From Azolla caroliniana (taxonomy: Eukaryota > Plantae > Polypodiophyta), in NCBI GenBank assembly GCA_043228905.1, contig JBHGNT010000022.1:9486001-9550000 (forward strand): 64,000 nt of DNA. The letters run 5' to 3'. This document shows positions 1 through 12,977 of this stretch, one piece after another; within the stretch, counting starts at the first letter, position 1, and each line of letters opens with the position of its first letter. The translations under genes were made by a program, and so were the position numbers. Under the pieces are notes generated by a model that searched no databases, was not told the origin of the DNA, and saw only the letters and a program-made list of their open reading frames with translations.

Positions 1-619
1 GTAACAAAATTCCGCCTTCTCTCTCACTCAACTCACTGTGTATATTTATTTATTTTTGGTAAAATTTTCCCGCTCAAATCCGACGGCGTACGGCCTTCCA
101 TCATCATCATCCAACGGCGCACCGCCTTTCCCACCTTCCTTCCTTCCTCCTCTCTTTTTAATTCTCTACTTCAATGAAACTTGTTCTATTATATAAATAT
201 TTTAACTTCTCTCCTAAAATAAGTAAATACTATTTTGTTTAGTTTGTTTATATTTATCGAATCTACATATTTGTTTATTTTGTTTGTTATCTTTGTATTT
301 ACATATTTATTTCGTTACTGTATTTTTCTTTTTCTTTTTTTAATTATTTTTTTATCTTTTTTATTTTTTTAGTTTTACTTATTTATTTTCCCATTTATTT
401 ATTTTTCCTTTTATTTATTTTTTTATTTGTCTATTTATTTATTTTCCCATTTATTTATTTTTCCATTCATTTTTTTTTTTTTTTTCTAGATATCTTACTC
501 AAACAAACAAAAAGCTCATCAAAGGAGGACCATGTTTTTGAGCACTCAATGTTTGTAAGTGGTTTTGGCCTATCCAAGATACGAAGCTCGATTCAAAGAC
601 GAATGAAGGCTTGCCATCA

Positions 620-1000
620 TACACACGCCCAAAACCAGGCTACCCTTCATAAACCACACCATGAAGCCACCTTCCCTTGTTCATGTCCCTAGCAGTCCCA
701 TTCACATCTTTCACAACCTTCTTGTGGAATCTCGTGACAAATTTTGCGTTTTCTCTATTTCATTCTATGCATTAAGTAAGATAATGCCATCCCACACATC
801 CGCTCCCGAAATTAACACTTGGATTATCATAACATTGAATAACATAAACCTCACTACCTATCCTCAAGTAACACTTTGGTTGCATTGGTTCTCAAATATA
901 TAATAACTATTTCAATTTGCTTGAAGTCTAGACTCATAGCATACATTTCACCTATTTGTCAATGGGACAATAATACCCAAGATATTTGAAGCTTTGTACC
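620..1000 (-). pseudogene. Degenerate RTE/RTEX-like LINE ORF2 fragment (post-RT region)
   Basis: Minus-strand translation gives LFNVMIIQVLISGADVWDGII..NEIEKTQK, resembling the RTE-type LF..LV.PVLLYG.EVWG block; many stops; boundaries approximate. Confidence 0.45.
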
Positions 1001-1473
1001 ATTTGTAATGGTTCTCCATTGTATCATGTATGTAAAAGTGGGATAGTGCATTGGTTGTATTGCCTTTTATTGCCATCATTTTGGATTTGTCCACATAACC
1101 AAATACACCCCCCTAGATTTGACAAAATGTTTCCAATACATCAAGTAAGTGTTGCATATCATCGTAAGTATAGGAAAATAAAACATCACTGGATGAGAGA
1201 TAGAAAAGAAATAGATAAATTGTATTATCATCTTTGGAGTTCAAATATGTCCTACGAGACGAAAAACACAACATTTTCACATAATACATGTGAAAGTGAG
1301 TAGTGTGACTCTTGATGTTTAAAAACGTTAGTAATGATATACTTCTGAGGGAAATTAGGGTTTGGTTGAAGATGTGTGGAAATGATTATTAAAGGTAGAG
1401 CATTGTATCAAAGTGTGGTAGTCAAACTCTCAAGCTTGTTTAGGGCAAAGTCACGACACAGTTGTCAATGATA

Positions 1474-1913
1474 TGAAATACATAGTTGGTGAGGATTGAA
1501 CCTGCAACCTCACATCAACAAGATGTCATGCTCAACCATTTTGATATGAGCATATATTTATATATAATAATTTAGTATTATATAGTCTACATTTCATAAT
1601 CATAATATACTAGTCATTAGTATATTCTAGAAATACTATACGGTATATTCTAGAGATATTTCTCGAGTATATTCTATATATATTCAATCTCGGAACTTGT
1701 ATAAATACTTGTAATCTCCTTGGTCCCTTTCAAGGGATTCATCGCCAATCATTGACACATCAATCTAGTATTCTTGTTTCAGGCCATATTGTCTCCTTCT
1801 TCATCTCTGTCTTCATGGTCTCATGTTCTTCATTTCATATCAATCGTAGCCTCGTCACCCATAGTCTCATCATCCGTGTTTCTTCTTAGTCCGCGGTTGG
1901 TGTGTTCGTGACA
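1474..1913 (+). repeat. 5' LTR of element J
   Basis: Aligns with 3097-3531; TATAAATA at 1700; ends GTGACA. Confidence 0.8.
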
Positions 1914-2284
1914 GTTTGAATCCCTTCCAACTGGAAGCATCACCTGTCTTCATCATCGCCCTTGCCTCTAGAGTTACCATCATCAATGTCGTTGCTTCTA
2001 GAGTTACCGTCATCAACATTCTTGGTTTTAGAGACTGCATCATCATCATAGTCATAGTCGTTCCTTCAAGAGATGCTTCCTCATCATCATTGTCTTCACT
2101 GCCTCGTCTTCAACATCATCATTTTTCAGCACATCTTGTTGTCTTCATCAACGCTACGTCGCCCAACCTTCATCGTCATCAACTTTACTTTGCACGGTTT
2201 TTCATTATCATCATTGTTCCGCCCTCTTCATCATCATTGTCGTCATCTATAGGTATCATTTTGCATCACGATTTTAACGAGGAT

Positions 2285-2620
2285 CAATTTTCGATCACTC
2301 ACCTTCACAGTTCCGGTGGGGGTTACAACTACGCACTTTCATGGTGGGGATCAAATCATTGCTCGCTTGCACTCCATTTTCATTTTGGTTGAAGTTTCAA
2401 TCCACTTTCCTTTGGCAAGGATTGTATTCGATCGCTCACCTTCATAGTTCCAATGGGGGTCACAGTCGCTCACTTTCCTGGTGGGGATCAAATATTGCTC
2501 GCTTGCACTCCATTTTCATTTTGGTCCACATTTCGCGCTACTTTCGTTTGATGAGGATAGATTTTGATCGCTCACATTCTAGTTCCAGTGGGGGTCACAA
2601 CCGCTCACTTTCCTGGTGCG
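2285..2620. repeat. Three imperfect ~140-bp tandem units inside J
   Basis: Recurring GATC(A/G)CTCAC..AGTTCC..TGGGGGT.ACA...CACTTTC.TGGTG. Confidence 0.65.
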
Positions 2621-2744
2621 GACCACGTCGATTTCTTGCTAATCCTACCATCTATGTTGTGTTTTGGGTCAACCTCGACTTTTTATCCTCTCATGATAGA
2701 AGAAGTCGAGTTGACAGTTTCACCTGCACTCCTTCGCCCGTTGT

Positions 2745-3045
2745 TGTTCCAGTTCCCAATGAGCACTGCACATGGTCGCTCACGCCCATCAGTGTTCCAG
2801 TTCCTTGTGAGGACCACACATGGTCGTTCATGCCTGTTGGTGTTCCAATTCTTGGTGAGGATTGCACATGGTCGCTCACGTTTGTTGGTATTCGAGTCTT
2901 CGGTGAGAACCGCACATGATCACTCACACCCGTTAGTGTTCGTGTCTCTGGTGAGGACCACACATGGTCGCTCACGTTCGTTGGTGTTCTAGTCTCCGGT
3001 GAGGACAACACATCATTGCTCACACCCATCGGTGCTCCAATTCCC
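2745..3045. repeat. ~6 x 48-bp tandem repeat inside J
   Basis: Recurring GTGAGGACCACACATGGTCGCTCAC...TGGTGTTC; 16-aa periodicity in overlapping ORFs. Confidence 0.8.
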
Positions 3046-3096
3046 ATTCACCCTTACACCACACTTTCGAAAAGGCGGTCGTAAAGGGGAGGATAA

Positions 3097-3531
3097 TGTC
3101 ACACATAGTTGGTGAGGATTGAACGTGCAACCTCACATCAACAACATGTCATGCTCAACCATTTAGATATGAGCATGTATTTGTATATAATAGTTTAGTA
3201 TTATATAGTCTAGCATATAGTACATTTCAGAATCAAAATATTCTAGTTGTTAGTATATTCGAGAAATATTGTACGATATATTCTAGATGGGTATATTCTA
3301 GAGATATCCAATCTCAAAACTTATATAAATACTTGTAACCTCCTTGGTCCCTTTCAAGGGATTCAACAACAGTCATTAACACATCAATCTAATATTCTTG
3401 TTCTATTACATCTTGTCTCGTTCTTCATCTTTGTCTTCATGCTTGTGTGTCGTTCCCAACTTCTTAAGTTCCACACTCTTAGCCCCATCATTTGTGCTCC
3501 GTTCGAGTCCATGATTGGTGTGTCCGTGACA
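3097..3531 (+). repeat. 3' LTR of element J
   Basis: TGTCACAC...GTCCGTGACA, preceded by PPT. Confidence 0.8.
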
Positions 3532-3534
3532 CCC

Positions 3535-4057
3535 CCTACCTCATATAATGTGTGAGCTAAGTTGTATTGAAGCAATGTTTTGTATGGTAGAGAAGGGGAT
3601 GGGCTCTAGCATGTATTGACATTTACGATTTCCCCATTTAGTGAAAACATGGTTGTGTAGTTAGGTGCAACATATGCATGAAGCATGAGCCCCCACATTT
3701 TTCCCATGTTTGCAAAGAGGGCTTATTCACTGAGAAATCTATTGATTCATCATGAAGTAAGGGTCATGGTATTGCATTCCATCTTCCAAACCATTTTCCT
3801 TATCTTGCATCAAACCAAAACACAAAATCTTGCTTTTATGTGTCTTTTGGATCTTTTTGCTTGCTTCCGCATGTGAGGCTTGGAAGTCGATGTGATAGAT
3901 TTTATTGTCCCTTAAGCATGTATTCAACAACCCTTTCCATGGCCATGATCTCAAATGAAAGTGATCCCATCTCAAGAAGTAGGAGGGCATATGTCGTTTG
4001 TTTCTTGACTTGGAAAAACTTCGTAAGAAAATGCAAGTTCTTTCCAAGCAAACTCAA
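3535..4057 (-). pseudogene. RTE/RTEX-like LINE ORF2 C-terminal remnant; left half of the LINE interrupted by Copia A
   Basis: Minus strand: VKKQTTYALLLLEMGSLSFEIMAMERVVEYML..EASKKIQKTHKSKIL..IASIQLSSH; continuous across Copia A with 62234 onward. Confidence 0.6.
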
Positions 4058-4592
4058 TGTTGGGAAATCGGTCCTTCCGAATGGGAATTGGACGAGCCGG
4101 AGGAAGAAACCAGACTAGATGGATCCGGAAGGTTTCTAGCTAGATCCCATGTGAAGTAGTAGTAGGGACATATTAGTAAATATGTTTTGATGCGCTTGTT
4201 GTGGCTATACTTGTAAATAGCCCGAAAGTTATATTAGTATAAATAACTAGAGAAAAACTTATTGTGTATGCATGTAAGTTCTAGTTAACATTAGTTAGTT
4301 GTTGTACAGAGAGAGAGAGAGAGATACAAGAAGTTGTATCTATTGTTACCGTTGGTTGACGAAGACATAGAACTCGAGATCGTTGCCTTTGAGTCTCCTG
4401 TTGTATCCTACCTCTGTACCATAGTGATCTTGTTCGGAGTTTCTGAACTTCCGTGGTTTGGCCTCTTGAGGTTTTCCACGTTAACATACGGTGTTGTCTC
4501 ATTCCTGTGTAAGTCTACCAATCTCTATTTTCTGTTTTGTAACTTCCATTGTACGTTTGGATCTTGGATGTGGCCAAGAACGATTCCTCTCA
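4058..4592 (+). repeat. 5' LTR of Copia A
   Basis: TGTTGGGAAA...CTCTCA; matches 17204-17350 joined to 61837-62233. Confidence 0.9.
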
Positions 4593-4595
4593 ATC

Positions 4596-4607
4596 TGGTA
4601 TCAGAGC
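4596..4607 (+). promoter_or_regulatory. Primer binding site (tRNA-iMet) of Copia A
   Basis: TGGTATCAGAGC. Confidence 0.9.
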
Positions 4608-4639
4608 AAAGTTCTAAACTTCAAACAAAAACAAATTGA

Positions 4640-4823
4640 AATGGAAGATTCATTCGGAGGCATGTTCAAGCTCACCGGCTCCAACTACTCAATGTGGAAG
4701 TCGAAGATGATGGACATGCTAGTGGTCAAAGATCTCTTGTTGCTGGTACAGTTCGGAGACAAAAGACCAGACAAGATTGATGCATCCACATGGGAGGTAA
4801 TGCACATGAAGGTGTCGGCATAC
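4640..4823 (+). pseudogene. Copia A gag N-terminus
   Basis: MEDSFGGMFKLTGSNYSMWKSKM..; cut by MITE at 4824, resumes at 11018. Confidence 0.8.
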
Positions 4824-5209
4824 CATGGTTGTTTACGTACCCATATTTAACGTTTAAATATGTATAGTACCTCATCATTTGTAAATTACGTACTCTACCT
4901 TAATGTTGTTCAGTCAAATATCATGTACATTTGTCCAATACAATATTTAATGTATTTATAAAAAAACATGTATAATACGTATTTATAAAGAAAATGTAAG
5001 TAAAAACCCTAACAAAAAGCAAAAGAAAAAAAAGATTTTAGTGAAAAAGAAGCCAAAGGAAGGAAGAAAGAAGAATAGATGAGACGACGATGAAAAAGAT
5101 GAAGAAGAAGAAGAAGAGAGAAAAGAAGGCATAAACCTGTCTTGAGTGTGATAATCGTACTAGAAGATAGAAGAAGAAGAAGAAGAAAACGAAGAAAAGA
5201 GAAACCTAT

Positions 5210-8200
5210 TGTTGAGAATCAAGCTCAACTTGGTCTAGTGTGTGAACTCACCTTGAGAGTGAAGAGACACTCCAACGGTCAAGAGTCACCATTATGTCAC
5301 CACTTTGTATTCTAGCATTTAATATGAGTCATAGAATCATATTTTATGACACATAACTTATGAGCTTTCACATTCCCCATGCTCCAAGAGTCTTGTAGTT
5401 AATGAAGAGAGAGGGCGACTACATAAAGCACCCTCCTCCCACCTTGTAGAATGTTGAGTCTTTCTCCTTTGTTAATATACTTTTACCTTGCGTATTCTCT
5501 GTGTATTATTCCTTGTCTCTCACTCTCTCACACACTCTCTCTCTCATACACACACATAACTCACATCTCTTACGCTTCACAAGAATCACATCCGATTCTT
5601 TACATGGTATCAGAGCGATTTGGTAGCTCGATCTAGCCCATTCACCTCATCGTGATCGTGTGTTGTGCTCCACGCCGACGACCAAGAACCAGCTCATCGC
5701 TATCGTAGCTTCGCTACATAGCACGCATTCGAAGAGAGAAGAAGAAGAAGAAGAAGAATCGACATAATGAATACTCAAATGGGGAGTGCTCTCCCTACCG
5801 AGAAGTTGGATAGAAACAACTTCGCATCGTGGGAGTACAAGATGCACCAATACCTTGTTGGACAAGGCTATTGGAGCTACATCAAAGGAGCGCATGAAGA
5901 CCGACCCCCCTAAGCGGCTCCCGGATACGCGACATGGGAGCAAGCCGCAAGCCGCGTGATGTATTGTTTGGCGACATGTGTTCACGACCACATGCTTGGT
6001 TACATTCGAGAAGCCAAGATGCCGAAGGAAGCGTAGGAAAATCTACGAAAGATTTTCGCCGCCAACATGACCGCGAGGAAGCTTCAACTCCGCCAAGAGT
6101 TGAACAACATTCAACAAAGGGACATGTCCATCACGACATACACCTTGAAGATCAAGGAACTTTGCGACTCGCTCGGCTCAATAAGAGTAAGTATCGATGA
6201 TGATGAGATGGTGCAAATATGCCTCGGCGGCCTCGCACCACGGTTCGGCGCGATGCGAATCGCCGTTCTAGCAAGGGAGAAATCTCCCTCCTTCTTCAAG
6301 CTCAAATCAATGCTATTGGTCAAAGAAAATCACGTGTGTACAATGAGAAATGAGTCGGAAGGCCACATGCTCTACACGCACTCGAACAGAGGAAGAGGAC
6401 GCGGACGAGCGAGAGGCCGATTCGGCCAAGGACAAGGCAGACGAGATCCGACCTACGATAACAACTCCCAATTTCGGCCGCAAAACGGAAGCCAACGAGG
6501 AACCTTCACAAGAAGGGGGAGCTTCCACTCCGGCCCGAGCCGTCAAAACGCAACCGAATGTGGATATTGTGGAAAGCTCGGCCACCATGAAGAAGAGTGC
6601 CGAAAGAAGATGCGTGAATCGGCTTCCACAAGCCGACAACTCACGAATTACGCGCACAATTCCGACTACGAAGAGTATAGAGGAATGTACGGGAACAACT
6701 CCGACTACGAAGATCGTGGCGGAATGTATGCACGCAACTCCGACCGTGGCGGAATGTTCATGATGAAGCATAGAGCAAACTCTATGTCGGCCTCTACCGC
6801 AACTAGTGCCCTCAATCCAGAGGACATATGGTTTGTTGACTCCGGAGCCTCAAACCATATGACATCCCATAAAGAATGGTTTCTCGAACTTCGAGAGCCG
6901 GAGTGACCTGGTTATGTCGAAACCAGAGATGACACTACGCACCCGATTCGGCACATCGACAATGTTCCCTTCAGCGAAAGTGGTAAGCAAACATACATTA
7001 AAAATGTCTTGCATGTTCCCACCATCACGAAGAATTTGGTCTCGGTCGGCCAAATGGTTGAGCAAGGGATGCAAGTACGATTCGACCAAGAAGGATGCTT
7101 CATCGAAAAAGAAGGCCGAATCATCGCACGCGGAAGAAGAGAGGGCCGGATGTTCATTCTCGATTCACACGAGATGAATCTCCCATGTTCGCAAAAAGCA
7201 CGAAAGTCGACTCTGACATAGAGCTATGGCACAAGCGAATCGGCCACATCAATCTCAACAAACTCAAAGCAATGAAATCGAAAGGAGTCGTCATCGGACT
7301 CCTGACATTCAAAGAGAAGGAGATTGAAGGTGTATGCGATGCGTGCCAATTCGGCAAGCAACACCGGGACCCATTCCCGAAAGAGCGGAACGTGAGCAAA
7401 GGTCTACTCGACGTAGTCCATTCCGACGTATAGGGACCGACCCAAACGACTACATTTGGCGGATGGCGGCAAGGAGTACTTCTCGGACGATTTCACAGCG
7501 TATCTTTGAAAGGAAGGAATTCGGCGAGAATTCACTTGCCGACACACTCCACAACAAAACGGAGTAGCCGAGCGCAAAAATCGGCACATCCTCGAAGTAG
7601 CGCGAGCCATGATGAACGAGAAGCATATGCCCAAGTCATATTGGGCTGAAGCTGCAAATACGGCCGTCTACCTAATGAACCGGTGCACAACATCCGGCGT
7701 GCACGAGGTCACTCCGCACGAAAAATACTTCAGAAGGAGGTCGGATTTATCGCACATCCGGATATTCGGTGCGATAGCATACGTGCACATCCCCGACGAG
7801 AAGCATCAAAAGCTTGACCCGAGGTCGGAGAAGTGTATCCTCGTAGGATACTCATTGGAGCAAAAGGGGTACAAGTGCTACAACCCCTAAACTCGAAAAT
7901 CTTGAGTAAGTCGAGATGTCGTGTTTGATAAGTCTGCATCCTGGTACGCACTAGAGACAACTCCGACTCCGACTCCGCTTGACCCGGACTCCGCTGAACA
8001 AGAGATAGAGGATGAAGATTGCCTTACGCGCATGTTCGAAGAAAGTCTGATCACGACTCGACTGAGCGAACCACAAGATCCTTTGAGCGATCAAAGCACA
8101 TCATGGCTTCGAAGTCGAAGATGATTGCTTCGAAGACAATGAGTCGACTCACTCATTCGACAGTGAGTTTGACGGCTTCGATGTACCAATCGGAGCTAAG

Positions 8201-10570
8201 AAAGCCCTCATCTCTGCAAACGAGAAGCTCCTCCAATCCACCCATGAAAAGAACCCCGTAAGCCGATTCGGTTGCAACGATTATATGGCGTACCATTACG
8301 CCTTTATGATGAAAGTAGCAACAGTACGGGAGCCGGAAACATTCTCCGAAGCAACCAAGGATCCGCGATGGATCGAAGCCATGAACGAGGAGATGCAGGC
8401 ACTACGCAAGAACGAGACATGGGATCTCGTTCCCACCTCACCACACAAAAAGGAGATTGGATGCAGATGGATTTACAAAGTGAAGTACAACGCCGACGGT
8501 TTCGTCAATCGCTACAAAGCGCGACTCGTAGCGAAAGGCTACGCCCAAACGCATAGAATTGATTACAAGGAGACCTTTGCCCTGGTGGCAAAGATGACGA
8601 TGATACGAACCGTAATTGCGCTTGCCATGGCGAAAGGGTGGCCACCTCCATCAAATGGACGTCAAGAACGCCTTTCTACAAGGCGAATTGGAAGAGGAGG
8701 TGTACATGATACAACCACCCGGCTTCAACTCAAGTACCCATCCGAAAGTTGTATGCCGACTCAAGAAACCATTCTACGGCCTCAAGCAAGCACCGCGTGC
8801 TTGGCATTCGAAGATAACGCAATATCTTCATCAAATCGGCTTCCGTATGTCAAAATCGGACAACTCCCTCTACACACGAAGCGATTCCGCAAGTATGATC
8901 ATCATCATCTTATATGTGGATGACCTAGTCATTGGAGGTGAGCATCTCGTCGAAATCAAGAAGGTCAAATCCCTCCTTTCCGACAAGTTCGAGATGACGG
9001 ACATGAAGGAACTCCACTACTTCCTCGGCATCGAGGTAATTTGGACTCCAACCAGAATCATGATTTCTCAACGGCACTACATCCTCAACTTGTTATACAA
9101 GTTCTGTATGGCTAAGTGCAAATCCGTGGCAACCCCGCTCGATCGTAATCTCAAACTAGATGCGAACTCCGGCACCAAAGCGTATGAGTTGACTCAGTAT
9201 CGGCAACTCATCGGGAGTCTCATCTACCTCACGATCACTCGACCCGATCTCAGTTATCTGGTCGGTCTCCTTAGTCAATTCATGCAAACACCGCGTGATA
9301 CTCACTTGGATTACGCTAAGCGAGTTCTACGGTACGTGAGCGGCACAATGGATTGCTGTATCCTCTACAAGACCGTGATGCCAATAAGCCTCGAGGGGTA
9401 CACAGATGCTGATTGGGCCGGCTATAAAGCCGATAGAAGATCAACCTCCGGATTTTTTTTCTCCCTCGGCAGCGGAGCAATATCCTGGAGTAGTAAGAAG
9501 CAGCCTACCGTCGCTCTTTCGAGTACGGAGGCGGAATACAGGGGCGCAGCCGTAGCTGCGTGTGAAGTCGTATGGCTCAAGAGGATTTTGAAGGATCTGG
9601 GCGTACCCATCAAGGATCTGACTTCCCTTTACTGCGACAACATGAGCAGTATCTATCTGGCTCGGAACCTGGTGTTCCACGTGCGGACAAAGCACATCGA
9701 AGTGCACTATCACTTCATCCGAGAGCGCGTTCTGGCTGGCGATGTCGACCTACAACACATTAGCACCAATCTTCAAACGGCCGACATCTTCACTAAAGCC
9801 TTAGGAGCCGACAAGCTATGGCAATTCATTGGCAATTCATGACCGATCTCGGATTGACAATCCCTGACCTGCCAATCTTGAGGGGGAGTACTGAAGACAC
9901 TACGCAATAACGTGTGGATCCCGCAACCATGCAACGAAGTAGCGAAGAGTTGATCTACCGCGCAAAGCCGCGAAGAAAGACGCAAGCCGAAGCACAGACT
10001 TCGCAACTACGCACGCAAGCCGAAGCACAGACTTCGTAACTACGCACAACGCAAGTTGGAGCACGGATTCCGCAACTCCTCATAAAGCGAGTCGACGCAG
10101 ACTCCGGAACGCGAGTTGAAGTGGATTTCGGATACCGTCTGAAACCAACCCGACTTGAGCTTGAGGGGGCGTGTTGAGAATCAAGCTCAACTTGGTCTAG
10201 TGTGTGAACTCACCTTGAGAGTGAAGAGACACTCCAACGGTCAAGAGTCACCATTATGTCACCACTTTGTATTCTAGCATTTAGTATGAGTCATAGAATC
10301 ATATTCTATGACACATAACTTATGAGCTTTCACATTCCCCATGCTCCATGAGTCTTGTAGTTAATGAAGAGAGAGGGTGACTACATAAAGCACCCTCCTC
10401 CCACCTTGTAGAATGTTGAGTCTTTCTCCTTTGTTAATATACTTTTACCTTGCGTATTCTCTGTGTATTATTCCTTGTCTCTCACTCACTCACTCACTCT
10501 CTCTCTCTCTCATACACACACATAACTCACATCTATTACGCTTCACAAGAATCACATCCGATTCTTTACA
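5210..10570 (+). mobile_element. Copia B, full-length but degenerate
   Basis: LTRs 5210-5604 and 10172-10570; perfect TSD CCTAT; PBS-iMet 5605-5616; PPT TTGAGGGGGCG. Confidence 0.95.
5767..9900 (+). pseudogene. Copia B gag-PR-IN-RT-RH polyprotein with stops, frameshifts and an integrase deletion
   Basis: CGYCGKLGHHEEEC knuckle, WFVDSGASNH protease, WHKRIGH..CDAC integrase, YVDD RT, YTDADWAG..EAEY RNase H. Confidence 0.92.
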
Positions 10571-11017
10571 CCTATCATGAGTGTGATAATCGTAGACGAT
10601 TCCTCAATCTATGAAGGCATAATTGTAAATAATTACAATTTGAAGTAGAACATCGTGATACACACTTACACTGATTTATAGAATAAGGGAATGTTGACAT
10701 CCATATTACGATAAGTATTTTAGGATGTGAAATGTTCAAATGTCTTATATGCATAGGATGTCGAACTATATTGTACATCACAAAATTGTGTAAACATAGA
10801 TGTTTTTTACAATATTTTAGATATTTTTTAGAAAAGTAAATAATTTTCAAAATTTAGAAGTATTTAACATACTATACGTAAAATACGTATTTTATAAGTA
10901 TTTAACATATTAAGGAAATGTATTTAACGTATTTTTAAATTGGGAGGTACTATACGGGTATTAATACGTTAAATACGTATGGTATCCATACCGTACCTAA
11001 CGTACCTAACAACCTTG

Positions 11018-12800
11018 CATCATACATTTGATGCTTCATCGACATGAGTCTATACAACAACTTCAATGAAGAAAACAAGGTTCGTGAGCTCTAGGAGAAG
11101 ATTGACATTATAGTTGACGAGGTACTGGCATTGATTTGTTGCTTGGATCCCTTCCGGATAGCTGGGAGACGTTGGTTGTCACATTGGGCAATGCCGGACC
11201 GGAAGGGAAGCACTTATCCTTGGCAAGAGTAAAATCAAGTTTGTTGGATGAGGAAGCTTGTCGGAAGGACAAGGAGGCAATTCCCGACCCGAAAGCCCTA
11301 GTCACGGAAAGTGATACACATAGAGGGAGAGGCCGAAATGGGAATCCCCCGAACTGAGAGAAGTCGGGGACAAGGTCGAAGTTAAGGGGGAGGCCCACGT
11401 GCTTCTAATATGGGAAGCCGGGGCACTTCCAGAAGAATTGCCAACACTTCCGAAAGGAGAAGGGGGGAGCCAACAACTTAAAGAAGAGTTTGGACCAAAA
11501 GGGAACGTCGGCAATTGCGACAAGTGAGGAGGAACTGCTGCTCATAAGTGAGTAGAACGAAGTGAAACGTGTCCGCGATGAATCAACATGGGTGGTCGAT
11601 TTGGGAGCATCATTCCACCTGATCCCCAACTGGAAATGCTTCTCATCATACAAGGTACGAGACCATGGCCTCGTAAGGGTGGGAAATGAAGGTGCATGCC
11701 GAATTGTCGGCATCGGAGATGTGTGCCTAGTAACGTCGATTGGGTGTCAACTGGTGCTGAAGGATGTCCGACATGTTCCGGAGGTTCGACTGAACTTGAT
11801 ATTCGCCGATCAGCTGGATGACGAAGGCTACACGAGTAACATTTGGAACGACGTCATGCAATTCAGCAAAGGAAGCCCAATTGTGGCTTGAGCTAAAAAG
11901 ACCAACACTCTATATTGGATGCATGCTTGGATATGTCAGGAGGAAGTGAATGTGGCAATCAACACTGTCGGAGAATTGTGGCATAGGAGGTTATATCATA
12001 TGAGCGAGAAGGGGATGTAGAGACTTGCCGAAGATATCCTCATTCTAGAGGTGAAGAACGTGCAATTTGAGAAGTGCATTGATTGCTTGGCCGGCAAGCA
12101 AAACAGAACCTCCTTCCAGTGAAACCACCGATGAGACGGAAGGCGCCGCTTGAACTCGTGCATACCAATGTATGCTTCGTGGACACGAAGTCACATGCCG
12201 TATCGCAGTACTTCATGACTTTCATAGATGACCACAACCGGAAGTTGTGGGTCTCCACGCTAAAGATGAAGGATCAAGTATTGTCCGTTTTCATGGAGCT
12301 TCATGCTAGAATCGAAAGAGAAATCGGCCAACAACTGACAATGGTGGAGAATACCGAGGACAGTTCGAATAGTACTATTGGTCGAAGGGTATCTGACTCG
12401 AGTATACCGTGCTGAAGATGCCAGAACTCAATGGGCTAGCTGAGAGGATGAACCAGACCATTATGGAGAGGGTGTGAAGTATGCTAGCACATGCTAAGTT
12501 GTCCAAAATGTTTTGGGATGAGGCGTTAAAGACAACAATGTACACAATTAATAGATCACCCTCAACACCCTTGGACGGAGACGTACCACAGAGGGTGTGG
12601 ACTAGCAAAGACGTGTCATACCCACACCTGAAGGTGTTCGGTTGTATTGTCTATGCGCATGTGGCTAAGGATCAAAGGAGAAAATTAGATCCAAAATCTC
12701 GGCCATGCATATTTCTCGGCTATGGAGATGACGAATTCGGCTACCAAATATGGGACTTAGTCGACAAGAAGGTCATTTGGAGCGGAGACATAGTCTTCAT
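11018..12800 (+). pseudogene. Copia A gag-PR-IN segment
   Basis: LLGSLPDSWETLVV, WVVDLGASFH, LELVHT, FIDDH, RPCIFLGYG; multiple stops. Confidence 0.88.
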
Positions 12801-12930
12801 CATAGTTCTAGCCATATGTCCCATTCGTGCCATACTCAAACGCCAATATTCGTATCATACTCATACATGAAAAGGCTTCGAGTATGATTGAAATACATAC
12901 GCGGTACATAGATATATACATATGGTGTAC

Positions 12931-12971
<41 letters not shown>

Positions 12972-12977
<6 letters not shown>

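Larger units (their letters stand above)
1474..3531 (+). mobile_element. Element J: old non-coding (non-autonomous) Gypsy-type LTR element, Tcn1-like cis signals
   Basis: Direct repeats 1474-1913 and 3097-3531 (TG..CA); PPT AAAGGGGAGGATAA just before 3097; no gag/pol inside; TSD not recognisable. Confidence 0.8.
4824..11017. mobile_element. hAT-like MITE 1 (~830 bp once Copia B is removed)
   Basis: TIR CATGGTTGTT / AACAACCTTG; 8-bp TSD CGGCATAC/CATCATAC; AT-rich non-coding body; interrupts Copia A gag. Confidence 0.75.

Noticed and set aside
170-490. T-rich tract as regulatory element or terminator
   Set aside because: Low complexity only; nothing specific supportable
1916-3047. ORFs inside element J as real proteins
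   Set aside because: Products of tandem repeats and TCA/TCG low complexity; no domain motifs
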